From Anolis carolinensis (Eukaryota): a stretch of DNA of 64,000 nt. The translations under genes were made by a program, and so were the position numbers. The stretch covers positions 291,695,749-291,759,748 of the forward strand of contig NC_085842.1 in assembly GCF_035594765.1 (NCBI RefSeq), written 5' to 3'. Under the pieces are notes generated by a model, which was not told the origin of the DNA, made no database searches, and was given only the letters and a program-made list of their open reading frames with translations. This document shows, one piece after another, positions 10,823 through 26,111 of the stretch (the stretch's first letter is position 1; the number at the start of each line of letters is the position of its first letter).

Positions 10823-12677
10823 TTATCAGTGGCAGTTAATGTTCTTTACCCTTCAAACTTTCCATTTTGGTTATACCTAATTCTTAAAAGTGGTAGCATT
10901 AGGTAAATCTAACTTATCATTATACATTGACTGAATTACTGAGACTTGGGAGCCAGTTCCCTTGCTTCTGATGAAAGTTATTATTCTTAAGAAGGATAGG
11001 GGACGGGCTGTGATTTAGCTATGATTTAGAATATAGCATCTGAATTTGACGCAGAGTTCCACACTCCCAGTCCCTTTATTCAGATACTCACTCAATTCCA
11101 GGCCCTTTCAATTTCTGTACAGTTCTAGAAATCAGTTTGTTTGACTAGCAGGAAGTTGTTAAGTAGCTGTTCTTGCAGAACCACTTATGGGAAGAAAAAA
11201 AAACATGATTAAGTAAGATGTCCAGAAAACTTGACATAACATATCAGTCTTTTTCAGCAACAAAGTAGAATAAAGTGGTGGAACTCAGTATGATTTCACA
11301 TGTTTACGGACATGATTTAACTTTTTTGTTTGTTTTGCAAATGCTTGTTAGAATGCCACACAAATTGAGTATACTAAGAAAATATGTTAGTACCAAGACT
11401 TTTTAAAGAAATATGCTGAAGAGATATGGATACAGTTCTCTAAGCTCCTCATCTAGAAAGGACATTAATTCATGGCTCAATAGTAAAGCTCGTGCTTTGA
11501 ATGTTCTAGTATCATTGTTTGGGAGGATTTCAGGTTACTGGGCTGGCAAAAAAAGATTCCTGGAGAATCACTGTCAGTCACAGTAGTACTACCAATCTCC
11601 ATAGAAAAATAGTTTGACATGGAATATGACAACTTGCTGTGTTTCTAAAAGTGCAATTAAATTATAACGTTCTGTTGGGAATACAGTAAGACTTGTCTAA
11701 CTGTGGAACCCACATCCATAGTTTCACTTACCTGCACCTGCACCTAGGAATAGCCTAGGACAGGTGCTCCAGGCTGTTCTATGGTGTGCTTACCTAGAGC
11801 TACATTGGAGGGCTTAGCAAATTCCTCAAGCACCATTCTAGGAATCTTTTGATCTTCCAGTGTAACTCTGTGGTATGCTAGGGCTGAAGGTCAGGTAACT
11901 GAATGGCATTTTGTTGTATCCATGATTTTAGGTAACAATTGCCCAGCTAGGAATGTAGACCACATGGATACAGTGGTCATACTCCATTCTCATACTGTAT
12001 AATGTCACCCATGCAATTTGTGGGAGTTTTGCTTGAAATTGTATCTTCTTCAGAAGCAGAAATCTCCTCCTAACAATAACTTCAAGTTTAGACGTTTGTA
12101 CACACAGGCTAACTCCATCTCACATCCCAAGAAAACATCCCATTATGATCATCTTTTCACCTTTTGTCTTCATTGTCCCTTAAAGATTTAAAACCTGCAT
12201 TTTGAGGCACTGAAGTACATCTCTCCTCTGATTTACTGGTATTAAAGGGAATGAAGAGGCCACTCTTTTGAATGAAGCGGACTCCCACCAGCAAGGATTA
12301 GTCATTACTAGAATGAAAAACAGAGGTTTATGCAATGCAAAGAAGTGTGGATTTAAGATAAGAGTATAATCTTATACGTGTGCACTCAGAAGTTGTCCCA
12401 CTGAGTTCAGTAAATCTTATGTTTCACACAGGTACATATACAGTTGCAGCCTCAGTGACTGTCATAGCTTATGTATAGAGAACTAAAGAACACACAGGGA
12501 AAACAATTACTAATAGGTAAATGGTCACTAAAGGCATTACAGTAGTGCATTACTAGACATTGTTTGCAGCCAGCATTCCTGCAGTACAATGGCTTTAAGA
12601 GTATCCCACAGCTCCTTACATCTCTCTTAGGAATTTGAAAGAGAAAATAGCCACTGTTTCCAGTGGTCCTCCTTCCA

Positions 12678-12814
12678 NNNNNNNNNNNNNNNNNNNNNNN
12701 NNNNNNNNNNNNNNNNNNNNNNNNNNNNNNNNNNNNNNNNNNNNNNNNNNNNNNNNNNNNNNNNNNNNNNNNNNNNNNNNNNNNNNNNNNNNNNNNNNNN
12801 NNNNNNNNNNNNNN
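12678..12814. other. Assembly gap
   Basis: Run of N. Confidence 1.
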
Positions 12815-14666
12815 GCATTGATCTAACCAACCCAGAGGATAAGGTTATGAGAACAGAAGCCCTTTGATGAAACTACAGAAACTGGATATATTTAGCCTGG
12901 AGAAATATTGAAAGGGAGATGTGTTTTAAACATTTAAGGACTGCCATGAAGCAAATTGAGGTTATATTTTTGTCACTGGTGACTAGCACTAGAGTTGCTG
13001 ACAAATATATAGCATGGAGGGAGTTTAGCTTCTCAAATATTGTTGACAAAGGCAAAACCTCTCTTAAAAAGAACGGCACTGACAAGTTCACCTTACAGTC
13101 ATTACATATTGGAAATGACTTCAAGGCACACAACAACAACAATCAAGGGTTAAAAGAGAGAGAGGTTTATGTATTGGAGTTTCAATTATATGGACACTTA
13201 ATTTAGAAGTACAGTAAATCTCACTATCTTGGTCTAACATATTCTTAGTTAAGTGCGCACAGGATTGCAGTCTCGGTGCCAGTAATTTCTTCCCTTTTGT
13301 GTAGTCTGAGAAGCCTGAAGGACATGACGTGACAAATGCTTTCCTTGTGGCCTGGGAGTTAACCACACTTCTAGAAGACAATTATACAGTATTATCAGTT
13401 ACTTGGCTAAAAACTCTCTTCTGTTGTCTTGACTGACTTCATGTAGAAAAACAATCATGATATGAAAGAATGGAAAAAAATATTGTGCCTGCCTTTTTGA
13501 ACATTGCAATTGACATCTGATGCACCCTTTTGTTGTTGAGCCACAGTGCCTCCCTCTACAAAAGCTTATGGACATTAAAGAGATTCCAAGCAAGATATAT
13601 GATTTTTTTTCTTTTTTATTTAAACATTTTCCATGGCTCCAAAGTTGTGGAATGTCAAAGCCGTCAGAGGCTCCAAGGTGGACCTAGCAGCAGCTGTACC
13701 CTAAAAACTCTATCAAATCTAACACTTTAATAAATGTATCAACTTTATATTTTATGTATAACTTATATCATGTGTAGAATATATCAATTCCTAAATGTAT
13801 AAAAGGGAAGATGTTTAACTTTTAAATATCATTTTTGTTGTATTTTTTATTATATTTTACTTTATTTCAACTTTTGTATCCATGTCACAAATATTTAATT
13901 GTATTTTGTTATTGTTGTTGTATTCACCTTGGTTTTAAACTTCATTGGATTGTGTCATATTGCTGTTAGCTGCCTTGAGCCCCTATGGGGAGAAAGACGG
14001 AATAAAAATGAAGCAAGTAAGTAAATGCCTCTTCCAGTGCGCAGGCAGGATGGTGAGTCTGCAGCATGAGGCCTAATAAGATATTCTCCATTTTTGGGGA
14101 GGTTTTTTAGATGTGTTTCTGGCTCAAAATGGTTACTGAAACTTGATAATGCACTAAAACATTAGTAACTTTTTGTAAATTTTATTCACAGGGGGCTTGC
14201 CTTTCCCTCTAAGGCTGAGAGAGTGTAACTTTTTCTTAAGGTCACCCAGTAGGTTTCCATGTCTATCCAGGAATTCAAGCTCTTGTCTCCAAAGTCTCTC
14301 AAACCATTACACCATTCTGAGTCTCTAGAAACTATAGTACATATAGATAAAATCAGTAGCTTTATCTTAATGAATCTGTGATACAAAAAGGTAAACTATT
14401 GGTTTTCACACAAAAATAGAATCTTGAATTGAATGAATGATTTTTTATTCAAGCAGGCACTTTTAAAGAAGAAGGTTTTTAAGATCATATCAGCAGCTGC
14501 TGTGGTTTTATATTTTTTATGGATTTAATCTGAATTGTTTTAATACTAATGATTTTTCATGCTGTTTTAATATGTGTATAATTTAAATTGTATGCTGATG
14601 CCTTTATGTTAAGCCGCTTTGAGCCTCCTGCGGGAGAGATAAAGCGGGATATAAATAAATACAATA

Positions 14667-14700
<34 letters not shown>

Positions 14701-14701
<1 letters not shown>

Positions 14702-14825
14702 CTGCACGCATTATCCATTAATACATCACACAGTCTTAGACACTTGGGAAGTGTTCAACATGCGATCCAATACAAAAACCAGCATAGTGATCTTGTTTGC
14801 TGTATACTAATCTTGTGTATCAAAC
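14701..14825 (+). mobile_element. Short 3' fragment of the R4/Dong-like family in (AAT)n
   Basis: Shares TACATCACACAGTC..AGACACTTGGGAAGTGTTC..CTTGTTTGCTGT with the 26.9-kb copy. AAT repeats on both sides. Confidence 0.75.
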
Positions 14826-16699
14826 AATAATAATAATATGAATCTGTATACCATAATAGCTAAATAGAGGTATATGCTGGTATAATATATTCTAAGTGAC
14901 CTGTTTGTCAGGATATTCCAATGTAATTACCTGAAACTTTTGAAAAAGTGTCAAGGATACCTCATATCATATAGCTTTTTAACCTTAGAGTTCTGAAAGC
15001 CTGACTGTTGATAACTCCATATTGTTGCTGAAATTTGGAGCAGTCTCAGATCTGGGATCACACAAGTTTGCAAATCTAAGATACTGGCGATGAGTGTATC
15101 TCTACAAGGCATAAAGTAGTCTTTCTATTATTTCATATTAATGTGAATATCCCTCTTCTTGTTGTGGGGTGCTTTTAAGTCATGTATGGCAATCATAAGG
15201 TGAGACTCCCACAGGGTTTTCTTGCCAAGATTTGTTCAGAGGGGGCTTGCCTTTTCCTTCCTCTGAGGCTGAGAGAGTGTGACTTGCCCAAAATCACCCA
15301 GTGCATTTCCATAACTAAGTGGGTATTTGAACCCTGGTCTCAAGAGTCATTGTCCAGTGCTCAAACCACTAAACCACTTTGGCGGTCACCATTAACTCAT
15401 TATTAGAACTGAAAGAAAAAAAAGTGCTGAATATCATCAGCATAGAATTTTACACCGAACTCGAAATCCCAATCCAGTCTCATGCAGCAGTCTCATATTT
15501 AAAAAGAGTGGGGATGAAGTATGCAGAATTCTTATCAAAAGTCTCAGAAAAACCATTATCAAAATATACATTTAATGTAGAATTAAGATAAGAAAAAGAG
15601 AAATGATTGTGCAAATGTCTGCTTCTTAATAAAATATTTGTTAACACTGGCCTGGGAAAAGTTTACAATTTTCTTTCTGTATAGTTCTGTCAGATGTCTG
15701 GCCTGAAGCAACCACTTTTTATGCTTTCTCAGGCTTCGGCCTCCCTATTGAGTCTGCCAACAGTATTGCCAATTAGTGCCAATCCTGATGTAAATAATAA
15801 CATGAATAATATCAGTCCTTCTTAAATTTTAATTCTGCAACATTTGCAGTCATGCAATATAAATGTTTCATTAGAGAGATCAGTAAGAGAGAGTTCATCC
15901 AAACCGCTTTGATTTCTAGTGTAGCTCTGCTAGATAAGAAGAAAGTGCCAGCAGGAAGCAATGCATTAGGAATGCGAAATTCTATGTGTCTTTCACAGAT
16001 ATTGCTATAACTCATAATTTCCATTCTTTCAAGATTCAGATTTTGTTTTCATCCTTCAACCTTTTGCTCTGTTCCATACTCCACTTTCATGAATCTTCAG
16101 TACACCTGTCACACAAAGCTACCTATATTTGTTACTAAACTCCTTATTTCAAAATTCAACAAAATTACACATTGAAAAAAATGGATTGAGTAGATTTGTG
16201 TGATGTTGTTCAAAGTATGTGCTTAAATTGTTGCATAAGTGATTAACTATATACACAACAAGCAAATCAACTCTCTCTACCAGCCATTTAGAAGTTGTAA
16301 AATACGACTTTATCTTAGGGAAGATGTTGCTATTTACTGTTGTCAAGTTACCAGGTTTTTACTCATGTCCTACAGATTCAGCACCATGGCTTCCTTGACT
16401 GAGGGAAAAATTGATACACACCCTTGATGGACAGAGATGAATTAAATATTATTTTATTTTATTTTTTCCTTTATTCCAGTTTTGCAATTCCAAAGTGCTG
16501 TTTTGCTTCAACTGTGGAAAAGTTCAGCCAGCTATATCTCTTCCCGTGTATTAAATCCACTTTTATGAAATTATATAAATTATACAAAATATAATCAAAT
16601 TAAATTGGACCCTTAAAGTGTTACTGGAACTGCAGACATATAAATCTGTTTTACTTAATCTCAGGTCTGAGAACAGGAAATCGGCTAAGATGGATAATA

Positions 16700-17330
16700 T
16701 ATGCAACCCTGGAGCCCAAACCTCCTTCATGAGTTTTCCATTGTGTGTATGCAACTCCCTCCCATTGTCCCATCTCTCCCCATTCACAAATTGTCCTAGG
16801 TGTGCTGGGAAACTTCCTGGTCTTCATTTGTGGGATCAGAGCAGACCAACCTTTGTTTCACCAGATAATCTCAATCACCCTTTTTACATTTTCCAGACTA
16901 TCTCTTTGTGTTTACCTGGACTGGACCTTAAGTCGATCACGGAACTATTTACATTTTACATTAACACATTCCTGGACTCACACCCTCACGGGGGCGTATC
17001 ATTCAACCGACTTTGACTTTAACCCTACCAACCACAGCTGTTCCTTTTTCCTGCCATGGGGGAAACTCCTTCAGACAGTGACATCAGGAGGTGACATCAG
17101 CTTTTCAACTAATCAGGGGAAGGCACCGCTATTTTGGATGGCTGTCAAAAGGGGTAGAATGTTCTGTACTTTCCTGTATGCTTTATATTTTTGAGCACAG
17201 ACTGTGTACCGACATCCTGTCTGGCCAGATTGAATAAACTGCTGTTCGTTGCCTTCAAACCCATGTCTTCAATCTGGCTCATTGGAAGTTCCGAAGCACG
17301 CCAGGCTCAAACCCACTTTTTGTGGTTAGC
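16700..17330 (+). mobile_element. Possible solo LTR
   Basis: CpG-retaining island in AT-rich DNA, with a GTGACATCAG repeat and AATAAA at ~17235 followed by a U5-like tract. No TSD found. Confidence 0.35.
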
Positions 17331-17669
17331 TGAAATCACTCATCAGTCTCTGTGTGAATCTCCAACTCACCTGCTACAGCAGCAGCTTGCCACAATTTGT
17401 AAGGCTTAATTGACTTCTTGCTGCAACTTGTAAAGTTAGCTTTCTCCTTCCCTTCCAGCTGTTGTGGCACCAGGGCTTACCCAGAGCTTTGCATCTCCCT
17501 TCTGGCTAGAAGCAAGGAGGCTAAATTAAATGTTCCTAAACTCATTTACCAAAATAAGCAAAAAGAAATAATGTCTTCATTTTCCCTTGATCTGGAAACA
17601 GACCCTTTAGCTAAGATTTCTGTTTTAATTTTCAAACAGGGAAGCATGTTTGGTGTGTGTTTGACTCAG

Positions 17670-17935
17670 ATTTGGAAGAGGGCCATCCAACCCCTTGGCA
17701 TGCAGGAATACGCAATCAAAGCACTCCTAGAAGATGGCCACTCATCCTGTGTTTTAAAATCCTCCAGAGAAGGAGACTCCACCATATCCTGAGGCAGTGT
17801 ATTCCAATGTTGAACAGCTCTTTCTGTCTTAAAGTTCTTCCTAATGTTTAAGTAGAGTCTCTCGTCTTGTAGTTTGACTCCATTGCTCTGTTTCCTAGTC
17901 TCATGAGCAGCAGAAAACAAGCTGCTTCTCAATGT
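17670..17935 (-). mobile_element. CR1 LINE 3' fragment
   Basis: LFSAA...SNGVKLQ..R..LNIRKNF.TERAVQHWNTLP...VESPSLE.FK, the CR1 ORF2 C-terminus. Confidence 0.85.
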
Positions 17936-20900
17936 GACATCTGCTAGTGGAAAGTCAGCAGGGAAGGGGGCAACCAGACTTCCTCAGGAAGGGAGTTCCA
18001 TATCTTGGGAGGAAGCCACTGAGAAGCTCTTTCTGGTGTCCTCACTGGATGTGTCTGGGATGATGATGGGACCGAGAAGAAGCTTAAATGACAAACTGTG
18101 AGCATATAACCAGAGGCCATCACAAGATCTCAAGTTCTGGCATAGAAGGACTTGGGATGATCCTGAACTGGCATGCCTACATGTAGCCCCATAGCCCACA
18201 CTTTCCTATCCAGTAACAGACAGTTGGTTGACCACAATGTGAACAGATCACTGGATTACATGGGACTTTGGTCTAAACATCTATGGTTGTTTTTATTGTC
18301 TTCTTCCTTTCATTAGAAACTGGCTAATCTACAGAATCATTTTAAGTTCTGCAGGTCTGTAAAATATAAGAAGTGTTTTGAAGCTAGGAGTGCATGGAAG
18401 GGATTGTTACTGCTGATTAGTACTGATCTAAGTATTATCTAGCTTACTTTGAAATGTGCATCTTCCTGGTGCTATGTAACAAACAGCAAGTGTGATTTGG
18501 AAATGTTATATGATCCCAGTGTACTATAGCAATTGAGATTGAAGACAAATAATACACTTGTCTTCTTCCACTTTGCAGTTGTCTAATTCACTGAATCCCC
18601 TAAGGTGTTTATTGTTCATCTGTGTTATATAGATGCCTTATTTCTCCCTGAAAACTAATGAGTTGTGAAGGTAAAAGCATTGTAGAGATGCAGAAAGCAA
18701 TATCTGACCATCACAGGGAAGATGAATGTGGGGAGAAATTCATAGTATACTCTTGGTGAAGTTGTGCCTAAAACATCTCTTCTGAATTTAGTGTGCCAAG
18801 TAGTCGTCTGAGCCAATATGTGTTAGGTTACACATAATAAGCTAAATTAGAAAAACCAATACATGCTTTATTTTCACGGTTTTTCATTTTATACTCTCTC
18901 AAAAATTAGCCCATATTATATCCTTCAGAGTAGTATATATTAACTGAGATTGCAATTAATTTACTACACATTGTTGTGCACAGAGAATATATATATTAAA
19001 TCTTTGTATGGAAGACATTTAAATGGCATTCTGTCTTATTCAATCTTCTAGAATGAAGCTAAAAAAATTTTCACACCAAAAAGCAATTAAGGCCCCAGAT
19101 ACAATGGTTTATTGATAACAGCTATATTAGATTTTTTTCAGCAGTTTTGCCTTTCAAAATAAATGTCTTCGAGTTTTCAAAGTCAATCCACAGATAGCCT
19201 TATATAAGTTATTTCTGTCATTCTGGAGCATTTAATGTGGCCATTAGAACTGTTAGTGAATATAGAAAAAGGTTATAAATGTATTCAATCATCCTAATAC
19301 ATTTCTGACAGATTTAATAAAGACGTCCAAAGAGACTTTTCAGTCACATTAAGCAATTTAGGCTGTACCTCTGTAGGACATGTTTGAATTAGGGAAATCT
19401 CCAGAAACACATATAAAGCTGGTATTTCCCTTCTTTATGTGCAGAGCCTGAAAAGTTATTTTTGAACTAGAACTCACATTTCCATTGGTCTTACAGTTAT
19501 AGTGCCCCCCCCCCCCCCGCCAAAAAAAAAACCCTCTAGGCATGTGACTACATTGTCTGTACATACATCTGTTCCCCTATGTATGTAGCACATTCAGACA
19601 CATGAAAAGTGACACAGTGAAAGTATTGATTCGCATACACATTTATTTATAAGTTGACCTCAAGTATAAATGGAGGACAGGTTTGAGGGTGAGAATTATG
19701 GATTTTGAAATAGGTCAAGGGTCATTTCATGGATATGAGGAAATGCCAGCATATCTCAGGGGCTAACAACCTATGGCCATTGCTGCCATTTCCCCACCAA
19801 AACATTCAAAAAGGCAGAAGTGGCGTTCAGTGAGACTGGAGGAGTTGGTGCTTCCTTTATGTTCTTCTCTTTTCACTCTACTCAGAGAAGCAGATGGTTC
19901 CTTTTTTATATAAGTAATTGATTGAGCCATGGATAAGTTGATGCAGGTTTTTTTTTCAAAGTGATTTTTTAAACTAAAATGTCTAGACTTATACATGAGT
20001 ATATGCAATAAATGAAATACAATAGAATTTCACTGTTGAAATTAATGGAACAGAACAAGAAACAGACCTCATAGATCAGACCAAAGGTCTGTCTAATCCA
20101 GTTGGCCTGTTTTTACTGGAAAGCCTACAAGCAGAGCACATGCAACCACAGTACAGCTATTCTATTCCCAACTGCAGTTCACAGCATGTGGCCCTGGTTA
20201 GTGTAAAGAGAATACAAAATGCCTTTGAGTGTTTGTGGCATTGCTGCCTATGTAGACACAAGGATTATCTTATTAGTGCTTCATTTTTAAAGTCTTGTCA
20301 ATGAATATTACTGCTAAATAAAAGTGTTCACACTTGGAAGTTTTTCCTAGAGTTGGAGAAGGCCCCGAAGGTAATCTATCTCAGTTCAGTAAGTCCAAAG
20401 CTAGAGCATGTATTCTTGACAAGTGATTGTCCAATCTCTGCTTGAAAAATTGCCAGTGAGACAGTTGGTTTTACTGTCACACTGCTCTTAAGATATTTCT
20501 ACTAATATTTAACCCAAATCTACCCTTCTGTATCTTCCATATCTGCTTATTCAATCTTGCCTTGCCTTCTGAGAATCCAGAAAGCAAGAACTGATGCTGA
20601 TGTGTCAGATATTCAGAAAAGTATTAGACTGAATTCCTTTTCTTTGTGTGTACACACATTGCTCTTCTAACCATTCCTCATACGACTTATCAATCAACAG
20701 AAAGAAAACACACATTTTGTTTGATGAAAAGAGTTCTTCCAAACTGAAGAATTCAGTCATTGAAACTTTCATAAGTCAGAACACTAAGCATTGCCTTTCC
20801 ACTTCGCATTTCTTAATATTTCCATGCAACCTGGCCTCATCATTTCTTCCTAGGCTGCAACTTGAACAAATCCATAGAACAAAAGCTCTCACTCAGAAAT

Positions 20901-22091
20901 CTACCTCCTCATATCTCATGAAAATAGCACAGACTGTTTATGTACACAATTGCATCTATTAGCTCATGGGTTACAAAGGCACACTGCCAAAGTCGAAGAA
21001 TAATTTCTCAGCAACTAGCCTTCCTGTCATCATTTCGGCTGAGATGTTTACAACAGCATATGGGAAAATTTTATCAGCACTTAACAGTTCATGCAGCTCT
21101 AGGGACTGGAGGATGCCAAAAGCTAGAAGGGAATTTGACCCAAGAAAAAAATAACTGCCATCACATGACTTCAAATCACAATTTTAGTTGAACAGTGTTC
21201 AAGAAGTTGAAGTTGTGATTGCACTATGATAGTACTCTTATCTTGTTGCTGTCATCTTTCATCACTGTTTGTACATAAACACTTAAATGATGCTCCACCA
21301 TGTTGAAAGTTATTGTCTTAATGGGGCCAGCCCTGTCATTAAAGGAAAGGAGAGGCAGTAGCTCCAAGTGGCAGGTGCTGGGGAAAAGAAGAGCCATTTT
21401 CTTACCACCCCCTCTTTCCTGCTGATTTCCCTGGAAATGTTTTTTTTTTTTTTTTTTTTGGCTTGGAAGTTAGCTTCCTAAACTGCTGCCCCCAGGTCAA
21501 TACGGAGTTTTGTCCAGTTGCCAACACTGAAGTGAGATTCAACTATCAGTCCAATCTGCCTCTGCTTATAGAGTGAAGGATGGGTACAATTTTGCCTTCT
21601 GCTTCAGGCAGCCAAATATCTTAATCTGGCCCTGCATCTTAGAACATGAAACAAAAATAACATGTAAGTACAAGATTCAACCTCAAGAAAGGAAACGCCT
21701 TCACACTAGATGCTAGAAAATATTAATAACCATGCCTCCAACAACACTGAGATCACTTGGTGATCTAAAGAGCTAATTTGATGCAACATCTCTTCGGAGC
21801 TGTTTTGTTTATAATGCCCTTTCTGATTTATGGTGATCTCAAGGCAAACCTGTCAGGATTTTTTTTTCTTGGCAAGATTTGTTTAGAGCAGGTTTGCCTT
21901 TGCTTTCCTTGGGAGCTGATATAATGTGACTTGCCAGTGGGCACCCAATGGGCTTTCATAGTTAAATGGGGACTCAGCCTGGTCTCCCAAAGTCAAACTA
22001 CTATATCATGCTGGCTCTGTATGTTTATAATAACCAGAGCTTGTTTTATGCAAACAGACAAACACACATTTCTCTGAACAGCTATTCAGAT

Positions 22092-22395
22092 TGTGTTGTT
22101 GAAGGCTTTCATGGCCAGAATCACTGGGTTGTTGTGAGTTTTCCGGACTGTGCGGCCATGTTCCAGAAGCATTATCTCCTGACGTTTTGCCCACATCTAT
22201 GGCAGGCCTCCTCAAAGGTTGAGGGGTCTGTTGAAAACGAACTAAATGAGGTTTATATATCTGTGGAACATCCAGGGTGGGGGAAAGGACTCTTATCTGC
22301 TTAGGGCACGTATGAATGTTGCAATTGGCCACCTTGATTAGCATTTTAATAGCCTGCAGTTTCAAGGCCTGGCTGGTAGCGTCCTGGGGGAATCA
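22092..22395 (-). mobile_element. Penelope 3' fragment with decayed hammerhead
   Basis: Reverse complement of the 4023-4194 sequence. The core reads TTGAGGA...AAAACGTC. Confidence 0.8.
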
Positions 22396-25300
22396 TGTGT
22401 TCATGCTCTTATACCACACATATCTTTATGCTGTGAAAAGGAATCAAAATACTGAAGATGACTTTAACTGATTGGCCATCAAGTTCATTCACCTAAAAAT
22501 CCACAAAACATCCATCCCTATAAAACAAGAATGATTTCAAAAATTCACCTGATCTGTAGTACATATGCCATAACATCCAAAGTATGGTTGTTCTCTATAA
22601 GTAGAAAGCATTCTAGGAGAAGTGGTGGTGTGGTGGAGGCAATCATGATGATGATAATTGTGATAGCAATAACATTAATCATGCATTTCTGAAACAAACT
22701 GTACTCAAGGAGACAAAAAATAATAAGACGAGTAAATATTACAGGTACACATTATATTAAAGATAAAACCAGGGAAGTATTGCATTTTAAGTTCATGTAG
22801 TGCACTCTATTGAAATGAAGACAATGACAGTCTGGCTCAATTGCCTCCTTTTGATATATTGTAAAAAGTACCTAAGATTAGAAACGACCGTTGCTGTAGG
22901 TTACAAGATATTGCTTTTTAAAAAATGGTTCTATATTTAAAGAGCTTTGAATTCTGTGTGTCCCTGTCTGTAATAACTGTAATTTCATATTAGAATTGAA
23001 AACCAAGAATTTAAGAAGGCAGTTTATCTGCAGGCAGATAATCCTTGGACATTACTTAAATATTAGGACCATGCAAGGCACAGGGATCAGACATATAAAA
23101 AGAAGGAAAAAGTTATAATCATAGCAGCCCTAGGAAGTGCACTCAGTCCCCAAATATTCCTCTTAAAGTTCTCTTTAGCAAGATAGCTTCAGAAGCTTTT
23201 TGCCTCTAATGTTGTAGTCCTTTGGTATGCATGATTTGTGCCATTATTTTTCTACAATATATATTCATTATCCTTTTATCTCCTATGGTTCTCAGATGTG
23301 GGGGTAGTTATTCTCCTAATTTGCTTAACAACAAACAACAACCCCCCTCCCCCAATCGAAAGAGGAAGTAGATTTCCTACTCTGATCCATTCCTGGTTGA
23401 AATTCTAAAATGGCATCTACTCCACAGTCCATTTCCCCTAATCAAGGCTTCATTGGAAGGAATAGGCTATTGGCTAAAGACTCTGGTTTGCTAAAGTACT
23501 TGGAACAATGGCACAGAACCATCTTCACTAGATTCTTTTTTCATAGTATCATATGCTAATACGATTACATGAACTGAACCAGCAACAAAATCAATATAAT
23601 AGGTCCTCTACTTTCATGGGGGTTAAGGTTGCAGGACCTCCACAAAAGTGGAAGACTCACAAATAAAAACCCACTATTTTTAACCTCTCTAGGAATTTTA
23701 AGGTCCTCCAGCATTACTCTGTGGTAAACTTCCACCAGAAAATGGCCATACAGCTGTCCTGTAGGACGTAGAGATCTCTAAAGAGAACATATTAATCAAA
23801 TCCACAAAAGTTAAAAAAAAAAGCAAATGTGGAGGACCAACAGACTAAAGATGCCCTTTCAAAGTGGTATGTACTCTAGTATGGTATACAGATGAAAGAA
23901 TGATAGATTTCAGTTTCAGATGTGAGCAATTGAGCATTTACATTTAATTACTTTGCATAGTATCTATATCATACACCAGTTATGTCAGGGTTCTGACAGT
24001 TAAAATCATAAATGAATAGTTACACTGATGGGCTGAGTTCGGTAAGGACCTCTCCTAGGACGCTTCCAGGACGGAGATCAACAAAGCCTTTCACACAGGG
24101 CTATTTCTGATGGGGCTACATCCTGGAAGTGTCTTAAGACAGAGCCCAGAGAACATGGGAAACTTCCCATGTTCTTGTTGCCTAGAACGGGGCCAGCGCA
24201 GGATGAAGCCATGTGATGGGGAAAGTGACAATGCGGGCGATGCGGAGCGTGGGGTGTCAGTTTCCCATGCCGCCCCATGGATTTGTCACAGTGCCCAGCA
24301 GATCCCCATGCGGTCACCCCATTTGGGACCTCCATGTGAAAAGTGATAAGTTAGGAAAGCTCTGTTCTGAATCCTAAAGTGTCTGGGACAGAAAATTTAA
24401 ATTACCCCAACCCATGGCATGATCGATCTGATATGAAGGTGGTCCTTGCATACTTACTTATAAGTGAAAAAGAAAGTAAGACTTCCTCATTCTTTTTATA
24501 TTTAACATATCATGTAAATATATTCCTGGGTTGTCTTAAAAATCTTCTTTTCTTTAAGAAAAATTCCTCTATTCCCTTTATGGCCTCTCAACTATTTAAA
24601 TCATGTGTAATTATAACATCGCATAATACCTCTTAAGTATCCTACCGTAATTTTTTTCTAGTAGTAATGTAAATGCACATTGCTATTATCAAGTTATAAT
24701 AATTTTCCCCCATTGCATGACATCATCAAAAGAAGCAGATTTTCAGTATTCTCTGGTAAAACTAGCAATATTTCTTATTTTTAATTTTCTTAAAAGTTTA
24801 CACTGGAATGTATTTTTACTTTTTGCTTGTAAACCTGTAATCAGTCATGCCACGATGGCACTATATCTCCAGTTTCACATGAAATATGTGTTTATATTTA
24901 ATGCCCTCATTTAACATGCTGCCATAAATGCTGCCCACAAGATATTATTGTAAGTGAAGATGACATGAACAGCATAACACTAAATCATGACAGATATTGT
25001 ACACAGCCTGTTTCCTGTGGAAAATGTAAGTATTAATCTTCCATCTTTTATGTCGGATACTGTGGTGTATAGCAGCTGTAGCTCAGATAGTGAGTTGCCA
25101 CCTCCCATACGGCACAAAATACAACATTGCACGACTCCAGGACAAACTAGACAATTAAATACTAACTTCAAGGCTGGTCCCTCAATAGATAAGGAAGAGG
25201 AACTTTCCAGGACAATCTAAAGTTTGCCAGCCAAGTTGGCTTAATCTAGTCTGCAGGGTTTCAGAATAACGCACTTCCCCAAAGTCCCCCATTACCCTCA

Positions 25301-25786
25301 AAAGAAAGTCAATGTCAGGAAGTAATTAATCCATAGCCTTGAGGACACAGCTCGGCCACTTAGCTTCCTCACACAGGAAAGGAAAATAAGTCATCGTGGC
25401 TGTACTATACTTGATGCTGAAGAGGCTGGCTGAAGCTGCGGTGTTCATCCATTCCTCTCCCCATGCAGGGAAGGATAAGAAAGAATAGAAATCAACTGAA
25501 TAAGTTAAAGTCTGGATGAATTCCCAGCTGATTCCCATGGAGTGAGACCTCAGACCAGATTCTTAAGCCAAGTACTATCTGGAAAGACTGGCATCCTCAA
25601 ACTGTGGTCCTCCAGCAATTTGGGCCCCCAACTCCTAGAATTCCTGACCATTGAACAAACTGGCTAGGGCTTTTGGAGTTGCAGGGCAAAACAGCGGGAG
25701 GGACACACTTTGAAGATGCCTGCTCTAGATTATATATGATGAGTCAGAGGTTGTGGTCCTTTGATAATCTATCTATCTATCTATAT

Positions 25787-26111
25787 GGTAAAGGTTTCCC
25801 CTTGACATTAAGTCTAGTCGTGTCCAACTCTGGGGGTTGGTGCTCATCTCCATTTCTAAGCCACAGAACCAGCGTTGTCCACAGACACCTCCAAGGTCAT
25901 GTGGCTGGCATGACTGCATGGAGCGCTGTTATCTTCCCTCCAGAGTGGTACCTATTGATCTACTCACATTTACATGTTTTCAAACTGCTAGGCTGGCAGA
26001 AGCTGGGGCTAACAGTGGGAGCTCATCCCACTCCAAGGATTTTTACTGCTGACCTTTCAGTCAACAAGTTCAACTGCTCATTGGTTTAACCCGCTGTGCC
26101 ACCAGTGACTC

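Noticed and set aside
12627-12830. ORFs spanning the N run
   Set aside because: Artefacts of the assembly gap.
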